Shown: positions 1 to 9,412 of the stretch, one piece after another
How the letters are laid out: the number at the start of each line of letters is the position of its first letter
How positions within the stretch are numbered: position 1 is the first letter of the stretch
Virus record (IMG/VR): IMGVR_UViG_3300036791_000462
Coordinates: 32,001-96,000 of that record
DNA length: 64,000 nt
From: a virus
Strand: one strand, 5' to 3'
Notes under the pieces: generated by a model
The model's input: the letters and a program-made list of their open reading frames with translations, nothing else
The model's database searches: none
Told to the model about the DNA's origin: nothing
Program-made: the position numbers and the translations under genes

Positions 1-463
1 TGGCGGTCGCGGACATCGAGGCCGTGGACACGCCTGCGACACATACCAGTTCGCCGGGGCCTGTGTCGGCTCCGGTCGCGGTGGCTACGACCGGACTCGT
101 TGTCCCGTTCGTCCCGCCGTCCCTATCGAGTGGCAGTGAGACGTTTGCGTTGCCCGAAAACTCGTAGAGTTGCGCCGTGAGGACACTGCTCGTTATCGCC
201 GCAACGGTCGGAGCGGCATCGGCACCCGCTGCCTCTTTGTTGAATATCACAATGTTGTGACTGATGGCGTCGCCCGTCCCGGGCGCGAAGCTGTTCCAAC
301 CCGTAGGGTTGTTCGGCACGGCACTGCCACCGTTAGAGAAGACCACGAGAAGCAGCAAGTTCCCAACCGAGCGGTTCGAGCCGGTGCCCCAGGCTGGCGT
401 GACCGCCGCGCCCGAAGAACCGATTGAAACGACACCCGCCGATCCCACGAGCGCGGGGGGCAC
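1..463 (-). CDS. Virion structural / minor tail-type protein (partial, runs off left edge)
   Basis: Not in ORF track. Manual translation from GTG at 463 (abutting the upstream stop) gives MPPALVGSAGVVSIGSSGAAVTPAWGTGSNRSVGNLLLLVVFSNGG..., open to base 1; Gly/Ser/Thr/Ala-rich beta-type composition. Confidence 0.6.
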   Translation of the reverse strand, partial: MPPALVGSAGVVSIGSSGAAVTPAWGTGSNRSVGNLLLLVVFSNGGSAVPNNPTGWNSFAPGTGDAISHNIVIFNKEAAGADAAPTVAAITSSVLTAQLYEFSGNANVSLPLDRDGGTNGTTSPVVATATGADTGPGELVCVAGVSTASMSATA

Positions 464-982
464 CTACACCCTCCAGATCCGGTCGGCGACCGGCTCGGAC
501 CAGTCGGGCGCGGGGTCGCTGGAGAACCAGTACGACGCACCGGGTCGCATGCGGCCCATGATCAGCCGGTTGATCTGCTGCTGGTGCTCAAGGTCGAGCG
601 CGAGCCCGTTGCAGTGGACCACGTCGTAGTCCGAGTACGCCGTGAACTCCTCGGCGTTGACGCAGGTCGCGCGCAGCTTGGGGTACAGGCTCAGTGACGC
701 CTCGACGTAGGGCTCGTACCGTTCGATGCCGTCAGCGCCAAACCCCAGGATGTCGGCCAGGAACAGCTTGCTGCCGATCCCGGAGCCCACGTCCAGGAAG
801 CGGTAGCGGCCCTCGCCCAACAGCCGCCGAACACGGTCGATGCCGTCGTAGAACTCCACGACGGCCGAGGGCTGGTAGGAGTACCACACCTGCTCGTCAT
901 CCGGAAACGGCGGCGTGAATGCCGTTTCAAGATGCGTGACAAGCTGCTGTGCCGCCTCCTGAAAGATCGGATAGCCGTTCAT
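464..982 (-). CDS. Class I SAM-dependent methyltransferase (DOT1-like small MTase)
   Basis: Motif I FLDVGSGIG, acidic GIE after strand 2, YDVVHCN, MRPGA. Confidence 0.8.
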   Translation of the reverse strand: MNGYPIFQEAAQQLVTHLETAFTPPFPDDEQVWYSYQPSAVVEFYDGIDRVRRLLGEGRYRFLDVGSGIGSKLFLADILGFGADGIERYEPYVEASLSLYPKLRATCVNAEEFTAYSDYDVVHCNGLALDLEHQQQINRLIMGRMRPGASYWFSSDPAPDWSEPVADRIWRV

Positions 983-995
983 CTCGCACCGTGGG

Positions 996-1643
996 CTATT
1001 CCTCCCATTCGAGGTAGCTGTCGCTGTTCGGCGTGCCGGTCGAGGTGGTCAGCCTGAGGCAAAGCCCCTTGCCCGCCGTCCCAGCGGTGACGATGCCCGT
1101 CGTTTCGCGGCCGAGCGGGGACTGTAGGACCAACGGCCCGCCGGGGAGGTTGAAACGCCAGCGTTTGACGCCCGAGGTCGTGAGCACGGTGGGTTCGGCG
1201 GTGTAGTTGATGCCAGCCGTGTTCGCGCTCGCCTGGGCGGGCCAGCCGCGCAACTGGTTGGGGGTCGGACTCGTTGTCGGCGTTCCGGCCGTCGCCTGCG
1301 TAGACTGGCAAAGCTCGACTAGCAGGTTGCCGCTCGTGCCGTCGCACGAGACGCCAAACTCGATGATTGACGGCTGGTTGGAGGTTCCGGAGATCAGGTC
1401 GATCACCGTCTTCGGCGTCGTTCCCACCGGGAAGAAGTTGGCGACGACCGTGTAGGCGTTGCCCGGCACGCTCGCCGACGGCTGTCCGGAGCGCAGCACG
1501 TCGCGCAGCATCCGGCCCCACTCGCGCCGCTGGCAGTCGCGCTCACGGCTCAGATCGAACGTCTCCCAGCTACGCAGGAAGTCCGACTCGATCAGATCCT
1601 CGGGGACCGGGACGAGCGCGCCTCGTTCGCGGGTCCACCGCAT
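996..1643 (-). CDS. Probable virion structural protein
   Basis: Charged N-terminal ~55 aa, then a Gly/Thr/Pro-rich beta domain ending LEWEE; lies among tail-type genes. Confidence 0.5.
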   Translation of the reverse strand: MRWTRERGALVPVPEDLIESDFLRSWETFDLSRERDCQRREWGRMLRDVLRSGQPSASVPGNAYTVVANFFPVGTTPKTVIDLISGTSNQPSIIEFGVSCDGTSGNLLVELCQSTQATAGTPTTSPTPNQLRGWPAQASANTAGINYTAEPTVLTTSGVKRWRFNLPGGPLVLQSPLGRETTGIVTAGTAGKGLCLRLTTSTGTPNSDSYLEWEE

Positions 1644-1649
1644 CGAGCC

Positions 1650-2093
1650 TCAGTTCCGGCCTTCGGTGTCCCCGGCCTCCGTCTTGGCCCAGGTGCCGTC
1701 GTCGCGCTGCTCGACCAGGCCCGCTTCCTCCAACTGATCGAGGTGCTTCTGGACGGCCCCCTCCTCGCTGTACTCGACGGCGCTGAACGGGTCCGAAGCC
1801 ATGTCCTCGGTGATCACCGCGACGGTGTTGCGCGGCCTGCCGAGATGCTCCTCGTCGGTCACGAACGCGAGCACGCGACGGGTGGTGCCGAGCGGATCGA
1901 AGTGGGGTTCGTAGCCAGGAACCTGACCTGGGGCAAGCTCCTCGCCCGTGTATTGCGGCGGGTTTGACCAACTGGTGATCTCCCCGGCCTCGTTGCGGTA
2001 CACGAGCGACCCTTCGGGGATCGGGATCTCCTCGCCGGTGTCCGGGTGGACGTAGACGCTGTCGTCCGGTTCGTCTGCCTTCGCCTTCGCCAT
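1650..2093 (-). CDS. Acidic protein with C-terminal winged-helix-like motif
   Basis: Start MAKAKADE after GAGGA; AVQKHLDQLEEAGLVEQRDDGTWAKT resembles a wHTH recognition helix and wing. Confidence 0.5.
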   Translation of the reverse strand: MAKAKADEPDDSVYVHPDTGEEIPIPEGSLVYRNEAGEITSWSNPPQYTGEELAPGQVPGYEPHFDPLGTTRRVLAFVTDEEHLGRPRNTVAVITEDMASDPFSAVEYSEEGAVQKHLDQLEEAGLVEQRDDGTWAKTEAGDTEGRN

Positions 2094-2104
2094 TGCCGTT
2101 CCTC

Positions 2105-2764
2105 TCAGGTTCCCGTGACGCTCACAGCCAGCGCACCGGCAGCAATCGTCGGCGGCGTCTGGGTGGTCGAGATGACCGTGCTCGTCAGTGTGCCGTACCA
2201 CAGCGCGTTGCCCGCGTTGACGGTCGCGGAGTCAGCGACCAGGAACCCGACGAGAGTCGCGGTGCCTGCGGTGCAGTTGCCGAACGTGATCGTGGCGGCG
2301 TTCGCGCCGACGGACGGAGTCGCGGCGGTCGCAGCAACCCAGCCCGCGCCCGCGATTGTCTGGCGGGCGTAGCCGGTGTACGCCGCTTCGTTCGCGCCCA
2401 GGGCTCCGGTGCTGATTGACGTAGGCGCTGAGTTGATGCCAAGCGCGAGCGCGCAAACGGACGGCATCGTGAACGACGTTTTGCCGTTCAGATGGTCCAC
2501 GATGTGCGACATCGCGTACTGCGAGATGCCTGAGGTGATCGCAACCGGCACGTTCTCCTCACGGAGAATCCGGTCGATCTCGTCCCACATCCCTGCTTCG
2601 TATTCGGCGAGCTTCGCCACGTCGAGCAGCACGCCACGGTAGCGCTCAAGCTCGGTCCACGTGTCGTCCATCCACCGCTTGCCGTACTCGGTTGGCTGCA
2701 TGGGGCCAGCGGGCTCCAGGAGGACCGCGCCGCGTTCCAGCAACCGCTCGATTTCGTTGTCCAC
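2105..2764 (-). CDS. Phage tail/structural protein
   Basis: YTGYARQTI...NAATITFG...GNALWYGTL pattern seen in phage minor tail proteins; strong AAGGAGG RBS. Confidence 0.65.
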   Translation of the reverse strand: MDNEIERLLERGAVLLEPAGPMQPTEYGKRWMDDTWTELERYRGVLLDVAKLAEYEAGMWDEIDRILREENVPVAITSGISQYAMSHIVDHLNGKTSFTMPSVCALALGINSAPTSISTGALGANEAAYTGYARQTIAGAGWVAATAATPSVGANAATITFGNCTAGTATLVGFLVADSATVNAGNALWYGTLTSTVISTTQTPPTIAAGALAVSVTGT

Positions 2765-2828
2765 CAGAGCCTCCTTCGCTGAACTCTGCTAGAGCCTAAG
2801 CGAGGATGGCGACACTTCCGGATTCGGA

Positions 2829-3068
2829 TTAGTGCTCGGCGATACCGAGCCGCGCGAGGCGCAGCTTTGAGTAGAGCATCGCTATCGCGCTGATCAGCGC
2901 ATCTATCGTCTCCTCGCCCGACATTTCGGTATCGAGGTAAAGCTGGCCCTGGCGGGTTTTGGTCATCGTGATGCCCTCCACCGTGCTCTCGGCCAGCGCT
3001 TCGTTGAGGAACTCCGGTCCGATCTTGAACGACTCGGGCTCGGCCCCTGTTCGCTTGCGTAGTCTCAC
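2829..3068 (-). CDS. Hypothetical protein
   Basis: GTGA overlap with upstream gene, GAGGAGG RBS. Confidence 0.6.
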   Translation of the reverse strand: MRLRKRTGAEPESFKIGPEFLNEALAESTVEGITMTKTRQGQLYLDTEMSGEETIDALISAIAMLYSKLRLARLGIAEH

Positions 3069-4894
3069 ATCCCCTCCTCTCCCTGCGTCGTGGTTTGCAG
3101 TTCCTTGAGCTTCGCCTGGTCGGCCTCCAGCCGGTTGATCAGCCTGGTCAGCCGGTCGATCTGCTCCTGGTAGTAGCGCTTCCAGTCGCCGCTGTCGGCG
3201 TGGCTCAGCGAGTCGTTGTAGTCGTTGTAGCTCGCGCGAGCCGCGTCGATCTGCTCGTCCAGCATCGTGGGGTCGAGCCGCCGCAGACGGTCCTGCTCGC
3301 GCTCAGCGGCGGTTTTCGTGACCTCGATCTCGGTGGCCTCAGCGTCAGCCTCGACCACCGTGATCGAGCGGAGGTTGGTCACCTGGGTGACCTTCCCGCC
3401 GCCGTTGTAGGAGTCCGTCTCGTGCTTCTTGATCGTCGCGCTGCAGGTGACCGTGGTGCCCTGGTCGATCCCGCCAGCACCCCACCAGATGATCCCGTTG
3501 CCGTCCCGGTCATAGCCCTTCGTCAGCCACCGGGTGCCGTACTGGCCCTCGAAGCTCTTGACGAACGTGACGGTGAAGGTCAGGCCCTTGATCCGGTCGC
3601 CAACGGAGCCGATCCACTCCGAGCCCGCCGTCCGCTTGGCCTCCAGTTGACGCTGCAACTCCCGCTGGTAGGCCCCGATGGCGGAGGCGACGAACCCGTC
3701 GCCCTTCTCGCCCAGGTAGTCGGCGCGGCAGTAAGTGGTCAGGTTGTGCTCGAACTCTGAAAGCTCGTCACGCTCGCTCAGGTCATCGCGGACCCAGTCC
3801 AGGGCGGTGGTCGCGATCTCGCGATCCTCGTCGGTGGTCGCGACCCGCAGCTTCGCGTTGCGCTCCAGGTAGTTGTCCTTCGCCCGGTCGGCGGTCGCGC
3901 CGTAGTTCCGGGTGAAGTCCCCGTAGGAATCGTCCCGCGTCCACCGGGGCGTCCACCCGAACTCGCGAATCATCGCCGCGACGTTCGTCAGGAAGTCCCG
4001 TGTGGGGATCGCGATCCGGCCGCCGCCGATCCCGACATCGCCGAACCCGTCGTCGCCGGACTCGAACCCGAGGTCGGCGTACAGCGCCTCCAGCCACTCG
4101 GCCCACGCTGCGACACGCTCGGGATTGTGAGCGCCGGTGTAGTCGCCCAAGCAAGTTGACCCAATCTGCCTCAGTTCGCCGGTTGCGACCTCGAACAGGA
4201 TGTAGGTCTGCTTGCGGCGGCGGTTGAAACCGCAGTGGTCGCAGTCAGGCCCGGCGTGCCGGTAGCTGGTCAGGTCAGCGGCCTCAACGGCCGCAGCGGC
4301 CTCCTCACCGATCTTGTTCTTGAGGAACGTTCCGACGGGCGCGCGGCGGATGCCGACACTCTCGTCAGCGCCCTGGTCGGCGTCGTGATCCAAAGTTGCA
4401 AGAAAAACCCACCCCCCAATCTGCGGCGTCTCGCCGTTGACGGTGATGAAGGTGAAGTCGATGACCCGCTCGACGTAATCGCGGGTCGTGCCCTCGACCG
4501 CCAGCAGCGCCGCCGACACACTGTCGGTGGCGGGGCGCATCTCGCGGCGGACCTCCTGGTCCTTCTCGTCAGAGACGGTCAGCGTGATCTCGCCGGTCCC
4601 GAGCTTGACGGCCTTCTTGTTCAGCTTGGTGATCCGCTCGCGAAGCTCGGCCATCTTGGAGTCAACAACGCGGAAGACGCGCCCGCCGACCTCCTCGCGC
4701 AGCGCGGCGACCTCGGCGATCAGCCGGTCGGCCTTCGCCTGGGCGGCGATCACGGTGGGGTGCTCGTAAACGTTGACGCGCTCACGGGCGCGAGCGTCAA
4801 GGCTCCAGTAGATGTCCTCGTAAGCGACAGACACCTCGGTCCGCGCTTCACGCGCATCCTGCTGGCGCTCGTAAACAGTTCTCAGGTCAGTCAT
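3065..4894 (-). CDS. Large phage protein with Zn-binding CxxC...C motif and C-terminal OB-fold-like region
   Basis: CDHCGFNRRR...QIGSTC; WIGSVGDRI...FEGQYG...ATIKKHETDSY; directly downstream of a promoter repeat. Confidence 0.65.
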   Translation of the reverse strand: MTDLRTVYERQQDAREARTEVSVAYEDIYWSLDARARERVNVYEHPTVIAAQAKADRLIAEVAALREEVGGRVFRVVDSKMAELRERITKLNKKAVKLGTGEITLTVSDEKDQEVRREMRPATDSVSAALLAVEGTTRDYVERVIDFTFITVNGETPQIGGWVFLATLDHDADQGADESVGIRRAPVGTFLKNKIGEEAAAAVEAADLTSYRHAGPDCDHCGFNRRRKQTYILFEVATGELRQIGSTCLGDYTGAHNPERVAAWAEWLEALYADLGFESGDDGFGDVGIGGGRIAIPTRDFLTNVAAMIREFGWTPRWTRDDSYGDFTRNYGATADRAKDNYLERNAKLRVATTDEDREIATTALDWVRDDLSERDELSEFEHNLTTYCRADYLGEKGDGFVASAIGAYQRELQRQLEAKRTAGSEWIGSVGDRIKGLTFTVTFVKSFEGQYGTRWLTKGYDRDGNGIIWWGAGGIDQGTTVTCSATIKKHETDSYNGGGKVTQVTNLRSITVVEADAEATEIEVTKTAAEREQDRLRRLDPTMLDEQIDAARASYNDYNDSLSHADSGDWKRYYQEQIDRLTRLINRLEADQAKLKELQTTTQGEEGM

Positions 4895-4898
4895 CAGT

Positions 4899-4955
4899 CT
4901 CCTCGGTCTGCGGCTCTCTTACCGCACTAACATCATAGCACAGATCGTGCGCTAG
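4899..4955 (-). promoter_or_regulatory. Repeated promoter cassette (palindrome + extended -10 + stem-loop + GACCGAGGAG RBS)
   Basis: Minus strand CTAGCGCACGATCTGTGCTATGAT..TGCGG-loop-CCGCA-GACCGAGGAG. Confidence 0.85.
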
Positions 4956-5530
4956 GAGCGCGCCGCCAGGATCGTCTTCAGATCCTCGTCGGAGTTCAGA
5001 GCCCCCCACACGTCGTTGCGGCGCAGAATCTCCAACAGCGCCTGCTTCTCGACGGCGATCCCAAAGTATTGGGCGCGCTCCAGCGTCGGATGCTCGCCGT
5101 CACGCTCGCCAGTGCCATCGCACCACCGGCACGTCACCCACCAGGTGCTCTCGTCACCCTCGTCGTAGCCGTCGTCGTCTTCGTCAAGCTCGATCTCACC
5201 GTTGTCGCAGAAGCCGCACTCGGTGCCGCCGTCGCGCCACGTGACCTCCAGGGCCTTCCCCTCGGCGTTGATGACCCAGGCGTGGTGGATGAGTATCCCC
5301 GAGCGGCTGGCGAACCCCTCGACGTAGGTCAACTCGCCGTCGCTGGCGAGCGCGGCGGTCGCGGCGTTCTGGAAGCACTCTCTCAGCTTCCCGTTCGGGG
5401 CTGACGCCTCACGGTCAAGCTCGTACACCTGGCCGTGCTCCAGGACTGCTGCCTGGAGGTTCTGTTCGCGCGGAACACCCAGGCGCTCCCAGCCTTCGGC
5501 TTCCCAGCGCAGCGTCTCCTCGATGTTCAT
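4952..5530 (-). CDS. Papain/transglutaminase-like Cys-His-acid protein with inserted Zn finger
   Basis: ECFQNA...YVEGFA...HHAWV...EVTW; CGFC...CRWCDGTG insertion; start MNIEE couples to upstream stop. Confidence 0.55.
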   Translation of the reverse strand: MNIEETLRWEAEGWERLGVPREQNLQAAVLEHGQVYELDREASAPNGKLRECFQNAATAALASDGELTYVEGFASRSGILIHHAWVINAEGKALEVTWRDGGTECGFCDNGEIELDEDDDGYDEGDESTWWVTCRWCDGTGERDGEHPTLERAQYFGIAVEKQALLEILRRNDVWGALNSDEDLKTILAARS

Positions 5531-5682
5531 CGCCGCGCCTCGAACGCCAGTGCGATCATCTCCGCGACGATCTCGTCGGCGCGAGCCCGGTCGGCGCATT
5601 CGTAACCCCAGTGCAGCCGCGTGCGCTCGTAGCGCAGTTCGCGCAGACGCCGTTCGGCGGCGGCTCGCTGCTGGTCGGTCAT
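5527..5682 (-). CDS. Small hypothetical protein
   Basis: ATG after GACCGAGGAGG. Confidence 0.55.
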   Translation of the reverse strand: MTDQQRAAAERRLRELRYERTRLHWGYECADRARADEIVAEMIALAFEARR

Positions 5683-5687
5683 GCTGC

Positions 5688-5748
5688 CTCCTCGGTCGCT
5701 GCGGGGCCTTTCCCCACACCAACATCTTAGCACACGACACGCGCTTGA
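5688..5748 (-). promoter_or_regulatory. Repeated promoter cassette
   Basis: GCGCGTGTCGTGTGCTAAGAT...GACCGAGGAG. Confidence 0.75.
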
Positions 5749-5859
5749 GAGGACGGCCCGGTGCTGGGTGCAATGACCTTCTTCCCAGTCACCGGCTTAC
5801 GCGGTGTCCAGTCGACCGCCCTCCACCCTACTGTGGCCGCACCAGCCCCAAAGTCGGGA

Positions 5860-6369
5860 TCAGGCGGCGGACTTCGCTGCCGTCTTCGCGTGCGACGCGG
5901 CCTTCTTCGCTTCCCACTCGGCGAGCGCCTTGGCGGCTGCGGCGCGGACCTCGGGGCTGACCTTGCCGCGTCCGCTGGCCCAGTTCTTCATCACCCCGAT
6001 AGCCATCTGGATCGCCTGAGATTCGGAGTGTCCGGACTTGATGATGCCTTTGGCGACATTCTGGATATATGCCGGGAGTCCTCCGACGCGGGCGACCCAG
6101 TTGCTCGTTTTGCTCGTGCTGAACGGTGACGGGGTGACCGAATACCCGGCGGTCTTCTCCGACTCCTCAAGCTGCGTCTCAGTTGGCAGCCACTCCTCGG
6201 CTTGCTCATCGAGCGCGGCCCACGCCGCTTCCTGGCTCTCGACGTTGGCTTTCAGCGCACGCAGGTGCGCCATCGCCTTCTCGTGACTGGAGTGGTGTTT
6301 GACGACCTCGCCCGTGTCGGAGCGGATCACGTCGTTGCCCTTGCAGGTGTATGGCATAGCCCCGCTCAT
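5860..6369 (-). CDS. Probable head-associated protein
   Basis: [20 protein letters not shown]...[17 protein letters not shown] helical module; LEES site; basic C-terminus. Confidence 0.5.
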   Translation of the reverse strand: MSGAMPYTCKGNDVIRSDTGEVVKHHSSHEKAMAHLRALKANVESQEAAWAALDEQAEEWLPTETQLEESEKTAGYSVTPSPFSTSKTSNWVARVGGLPAYIQNVAKGIIKSGHSESQAIQMAIGVMKNWASGRGKVSPEVRAAAAKALAEWEAKKAASHAKTAAKSAA

Positions 6370-6905
6370 TTCCGTGCGTTTTCAATGCAGGTGTAGATCT
6401 TGACCTTCCCGCCCGGCTGGTTGATCACCAAGATGCCCGGCGAGTAGCCGGTGTAGCACGAGAAGCTGCCAGCCGGACCCTGTACGCCCTGCGGTCCCGT
6501 ATCGCCCTTCGGACCCTGCGAGCCCGCCGGACCGGTTGCGCCCTGCGGGCCGGTAGCACCAGTCGGGCCTGCTGGCCCCGTTGGACCCGTCCCACCCGTA
6601 CCGCCGCCACCAGCAGGACCAGTCGCTCCCGTGTCGCCCTTCGGTCCGGCCACGCCCTGTGGTCCCTGTAGCCCGACGCCGCCGGTTACGCCCGCTGGTC
6701 CGGTCGCCCCCGTCGCGCCAGTGTGCCCTGCTGGCCCTGCCGGTCCCGTGTGACCTCGCGGGCCTCGCGGACCTGGCGACAGGCTCACCGTCACCGTTCT
6801 CGTTGGTGGTGGCGCGGAGCTTGTCACCGCTGCTGCTGTTGCGAGCCCGCCTGCGGACACAAACGCCGCACCTCCGACCACCGTGAACACGCGGCTAGCT
6901 TTCAT
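6366..6905 (-). CDS. Collagen-like protein with N-terminal signal/TM segment
   Basis: About 30 Gly-X-Y triplets, hydrophobic N-terminus, two Cys in C-terminal cap. Confidence 0.85.
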   Translation of the reverse strand: MKASRVFTVVGGAAFVSAGGLATAAAVTSSAPPPTRTVTVSLSPGPRGPRGHTGPAGPAGHTGATGATGPAGVTGGVGLQGPQGVAGPKGDTGATGPAGGGGTGGTGPTGPAGPTGATGPQGATGPAGSQGPKGDTGPQGVQGPAGSFSCYTGYSPGILVINQPGGKVKIYTCIENARK

Positions 6906-7155
6906 CTGGGGGCTCCACGTCGATGCCCAAGTCGAGCTTCAGGTCGTTCAACTCCATCTTCACCTTGTGCAGTTCCACCGAGTATTCCTCGGCCTCAGCG
7001 CGAGCTTCCCTCAGATGCTCCAAACACGCTTCGTGATCTTCGCTGCGGCTCCTGCGTAACGCCATGATGGTCGATGCGATACCGCCGGTGGCGGTCACGA
7101 GGGCTGCGAGCCCCAGCAGCGTCGGCTGGTCGATTGCGGCGATGGCCCAGACCAT
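6895..7155 (-). CDS. Membrane protein, TM plus coiled coil (holin-like / lysis accessory)
   Basis: One N-terminal TM, then heptad coiled coil; overlaps collagen gene. Confidence 0.55.
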   Translation of the reverse strand: MVWAIAAIDQPTLLGLAALVTATGGIASTIMALRRSRSEDHEACLEHLREARAEAEEYSVELHKVKMELNDLKLDLGIDVEPPDES

Positions 7156-7169
7156 GCACCAACATCACA

Positions 7170-7544
7170 TCAGGCGGTAGCGGTGGCCCAGCCCGCCGGG
7201 AGCTTGCCGGTCAACCCGAGCGCCTTCGCGCGCTTGATGATGAACGCCTTGATCGCACCCTTGTCATCGGGGTTGCCACGCCCGAACGCCTGGATCGCGT
7301 TCGCCAGGTCGGCGGGCGTTTCGATTGGGTAGCGCCCGCCGGGCATCGCGTGACCCTTCTTCTCCAGCGCCGCGCGCCTCTTGGTGGTGAACAGCCGCTC
7401 CTCCAACTGGCGGCGAAGCACCCGCTCGCGTGCGTACGCGCGGACGAACTCCTGCGAACTTGCAGCCGTCTTGCGCAGGTGGGTGGCTTCCTCAAGCTGA
7501 TACCACGGGTGCGCTGCTACGGGTGCTTCTTCGAGCACGGTCAT
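7170..7544 (-). CDS. Head-associated small protein (AMPGGRYPI, DUF6582-like module)
   Basis: GHAMPGGRYPIETPADLANAIQAFGR...KAFIIKRAKALG...LP..W; repeated LEE sites. Confidence 0.6.
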   Translation of the reverse strand: MTVLEEAPVAAHPWYQLEEATHLRKTAASSQEFVRAYARERVLRRQLEERLFTTKRRAALEKKGHAMPGGRYPIETPADLANAIQAFGRGNPDDKGAIKAFIIKRAKALGLTGKLPAGWATATA

Positions 7545-7546
7545 GT

Positions 7547-9385
7547 CTACCTCCTCGTGCTGGACGCAAGCCCTACGGTCAGCTTGCCTGTCAGGTCGCC
7601 GCGCCGCTGCTGGATGGCCTGAACCTTCTGGCGCTCCTCATTGGTCGCGCCGCTGCCCGGCTGCAGGCGTTTCTGTAGCTGCGCGCCACCGAGATCCTCC
7701 AGATGCACCAGGTGAATCGGAACGTGCGTCAGCCCGCGCTCCTGCGCGACCTGGAACGTGGAGTTGCCGTCGAGGATCCGCATCGTCCCGTCAGGCTCAC
7801 GGCGGACCATCAGCGGCTTGCGTTTATCCATCTCTCCGCGCTTGGCCTTGTCCATGAACCCTGCCGCTTTCGCGACGTGCTCGGCGGTGTCCTGTCGCGA
7901 CGGGGTGAGATCGCGGACACGCACCAAGTCGTGCGGCTTGCGCAGGTCGAAGTAGTCGGATGCCATCTCCGCTCCGTGCGCTGCGCTACCACCCCCGCTC
8001 GGTTTTAGGCGGTTGAACACCTCCGACCATTTCCCGCCGCGCCCCCTCGGGTGCAGGCGAGCGTTCCAGAACGCCTCAGCCAGCCTGGCGCGGAGCACAC
8101 GTTCGCGAGCAAGGGCGCGAGTGAACTCCGTGCCGTTGGCGGCTGCCTTCCGGGCGATGATCGCCTCGGCCAGCGCCGTCACCGCTGGCGCGAGATCACG
8201 CCCATCCAGGATCGTCGTGTCCGCCGGTGGCGGTGGCTGCTCGGCACGCCCGTCCGGGATCGTGAGGTCCGGCAGGTCACGAACACCGGTCCGGGTCCAG
8301 ATCGGCAGGTCGCAGTCGGGTGTCTGCTCGCGCCCGTCGGGGATCGACATTGACGGGTCGCCGCCGTAACCGAACGCGACGGTTGTTTCCTCCAGGTCCG
8401 GTTGCTGGGCTGGGATCTGCGCGGAGGTCGCAACCTGCACCTTCCCCGTCCGGTGCGGAGTTGCCCCACCTTTCTTCGGCGCGGTGAGCTTCATCTTCGG
8501 CCCGCCGCCGCCGCTGGGTTTGTGCGCCTTCCCGCGTTCGAGCACCGCGACCTCGCCCGGCAGCGGAGCTTGTGCTCGCGCGATCTTCGCGGCCTCCTGC
8601 TTCGCTAGCTGTTTCTTGAGTGCCTTCACGGCCCTGAGTGCTCCTCTCGCGTTCTTCTGGGCGGTTCTCGCGGTACGTGCCGCTGCTTGCGCGTCCCTGT
8701 GCGCGATGGCGCTGCCGCCGACGGCGGCGGCTTTGGCTTCCTTCGCGAGCTTCTCGGCGTTCGCGGCAGCGGTCTGTGCCTGCGCGGCGTCGTGGCGTGC
8801 CCACATCAGGTTTGTGTCGTGTCCCGTCTGACGCGCTTCCTTGGACGTTTGCTGCCCGGCGGCGATGGCGGCTTTCGTTTCACCGGAGACGGTCGTGTTC
8901 GCCTGCGCCTGCGCGGGAGTGATCTTCGCGACGGACGCTCTCGACGTGCTCGACTTCGAGGTGGACCTGCTGGTGGACCTGGACTTCTTGGGGGCGTACG
9001 GGCCGATGCCCCGCATGCGCTGCACCTGATCGAGCGTCTGCGGCGGCGGGTTCTGCAGCAGCGTCATCGTCGCGGCGTCCACGCCCATGCTCGGACTCAG
9101 CCCGTAGCGCTTCTGGAACGTCTGCACCGCCTGGGTGGTCGCCGGACCGTACTGGCCGTCCACCGGCACCTTGAACCCAAGCTCGTTCAGGCGCTGCTGC
9201 AGTTGCGCGGTCGTCTGATCAGGGCCGCTGGCGGTGTACCCGTCGCCGTGTTTGACGATCCACTGCCCACCACGCCCGCGTGGGTGAAGCTGATTGAAGT
9301 TCCCACCGGCCGTCCCACCGGTGCGGCTCTGCGGTTTGGTCTGCGGTTTGGGTGGCGGAGGCGGCTTCGGTGAGATCAGCGGCAC
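7547..9385 (-). CDS. HPRGRGG-tagged multidomain protein: peptidoglycan-binding domain + Lys/Ala-rich linker + ParB/Srx-like domain
   Basis: LQQRLNELGF...DGQYGPATTQAVQTFQ (PG_binding_1); two HPRGRGG motifs; PLMVRR...RILDGNSTF...GLTHVPI. Confidence 0.75.
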   Translation of the reverse strand: MPLISPKPPPPPKPQTKPQSRTGGTAGGNFNQLHPRGRGGQWIVKHGDGYTASGPDQTTAQLQQRLNELGFKVPVDGQYGPATTQAVQTFQKRYGLSPSMGVDAATMTLLQNPPPQTLDQVQRMRGIGPYAPKKSRSTSRSTSKSSTSRASVAKITPAQAQANTTVSGETKAAIAAGQQTSKEARQTGHDTNLMWARHDAAQAQTAAANAEKLAKEAKAAAVGGSAIAHRDAQAAARTARTAQKNARGALRAVKALKKQLAKQEAAKIARAQAPLPGEVAVLERGKAHKPSGGGGPKMKLTAPKKGGATPHRTGKVQVATSAQIPAQQPDLEETTVAFGYGGDPSMSIPDGREQTPDCDLPIWTRTGVRDLPDLTIPDGRAEQPPPPADTTILDGRDLAPAVTALAEAIIARKAAANGTEFTRALARERVLRARLAEAFWNARLHPRGRGGKWSEVFNRLKPSGGGSAAHGAEMASDYFDLRKPHDLVRVRDLTPSRQDTAEHVAKAAGFMDKAKRGEMDKRKPLMVRREPDGTMRILDGNSTFQVAQERGLTHVPIHLVHLEDLGGAQLQKRLQPGSGATNEERQKVQAIQQRRGDLTGKLTVGLASSTRR

Positions 9386-9412
9386 ACCCGGAAGCGTATG
9401 GCCGCCGGGAAG

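Noticed and set aside
6470-6780. Tandem DNA repeat
   Set aside because: Explained by collagen Gly-X-Y coding
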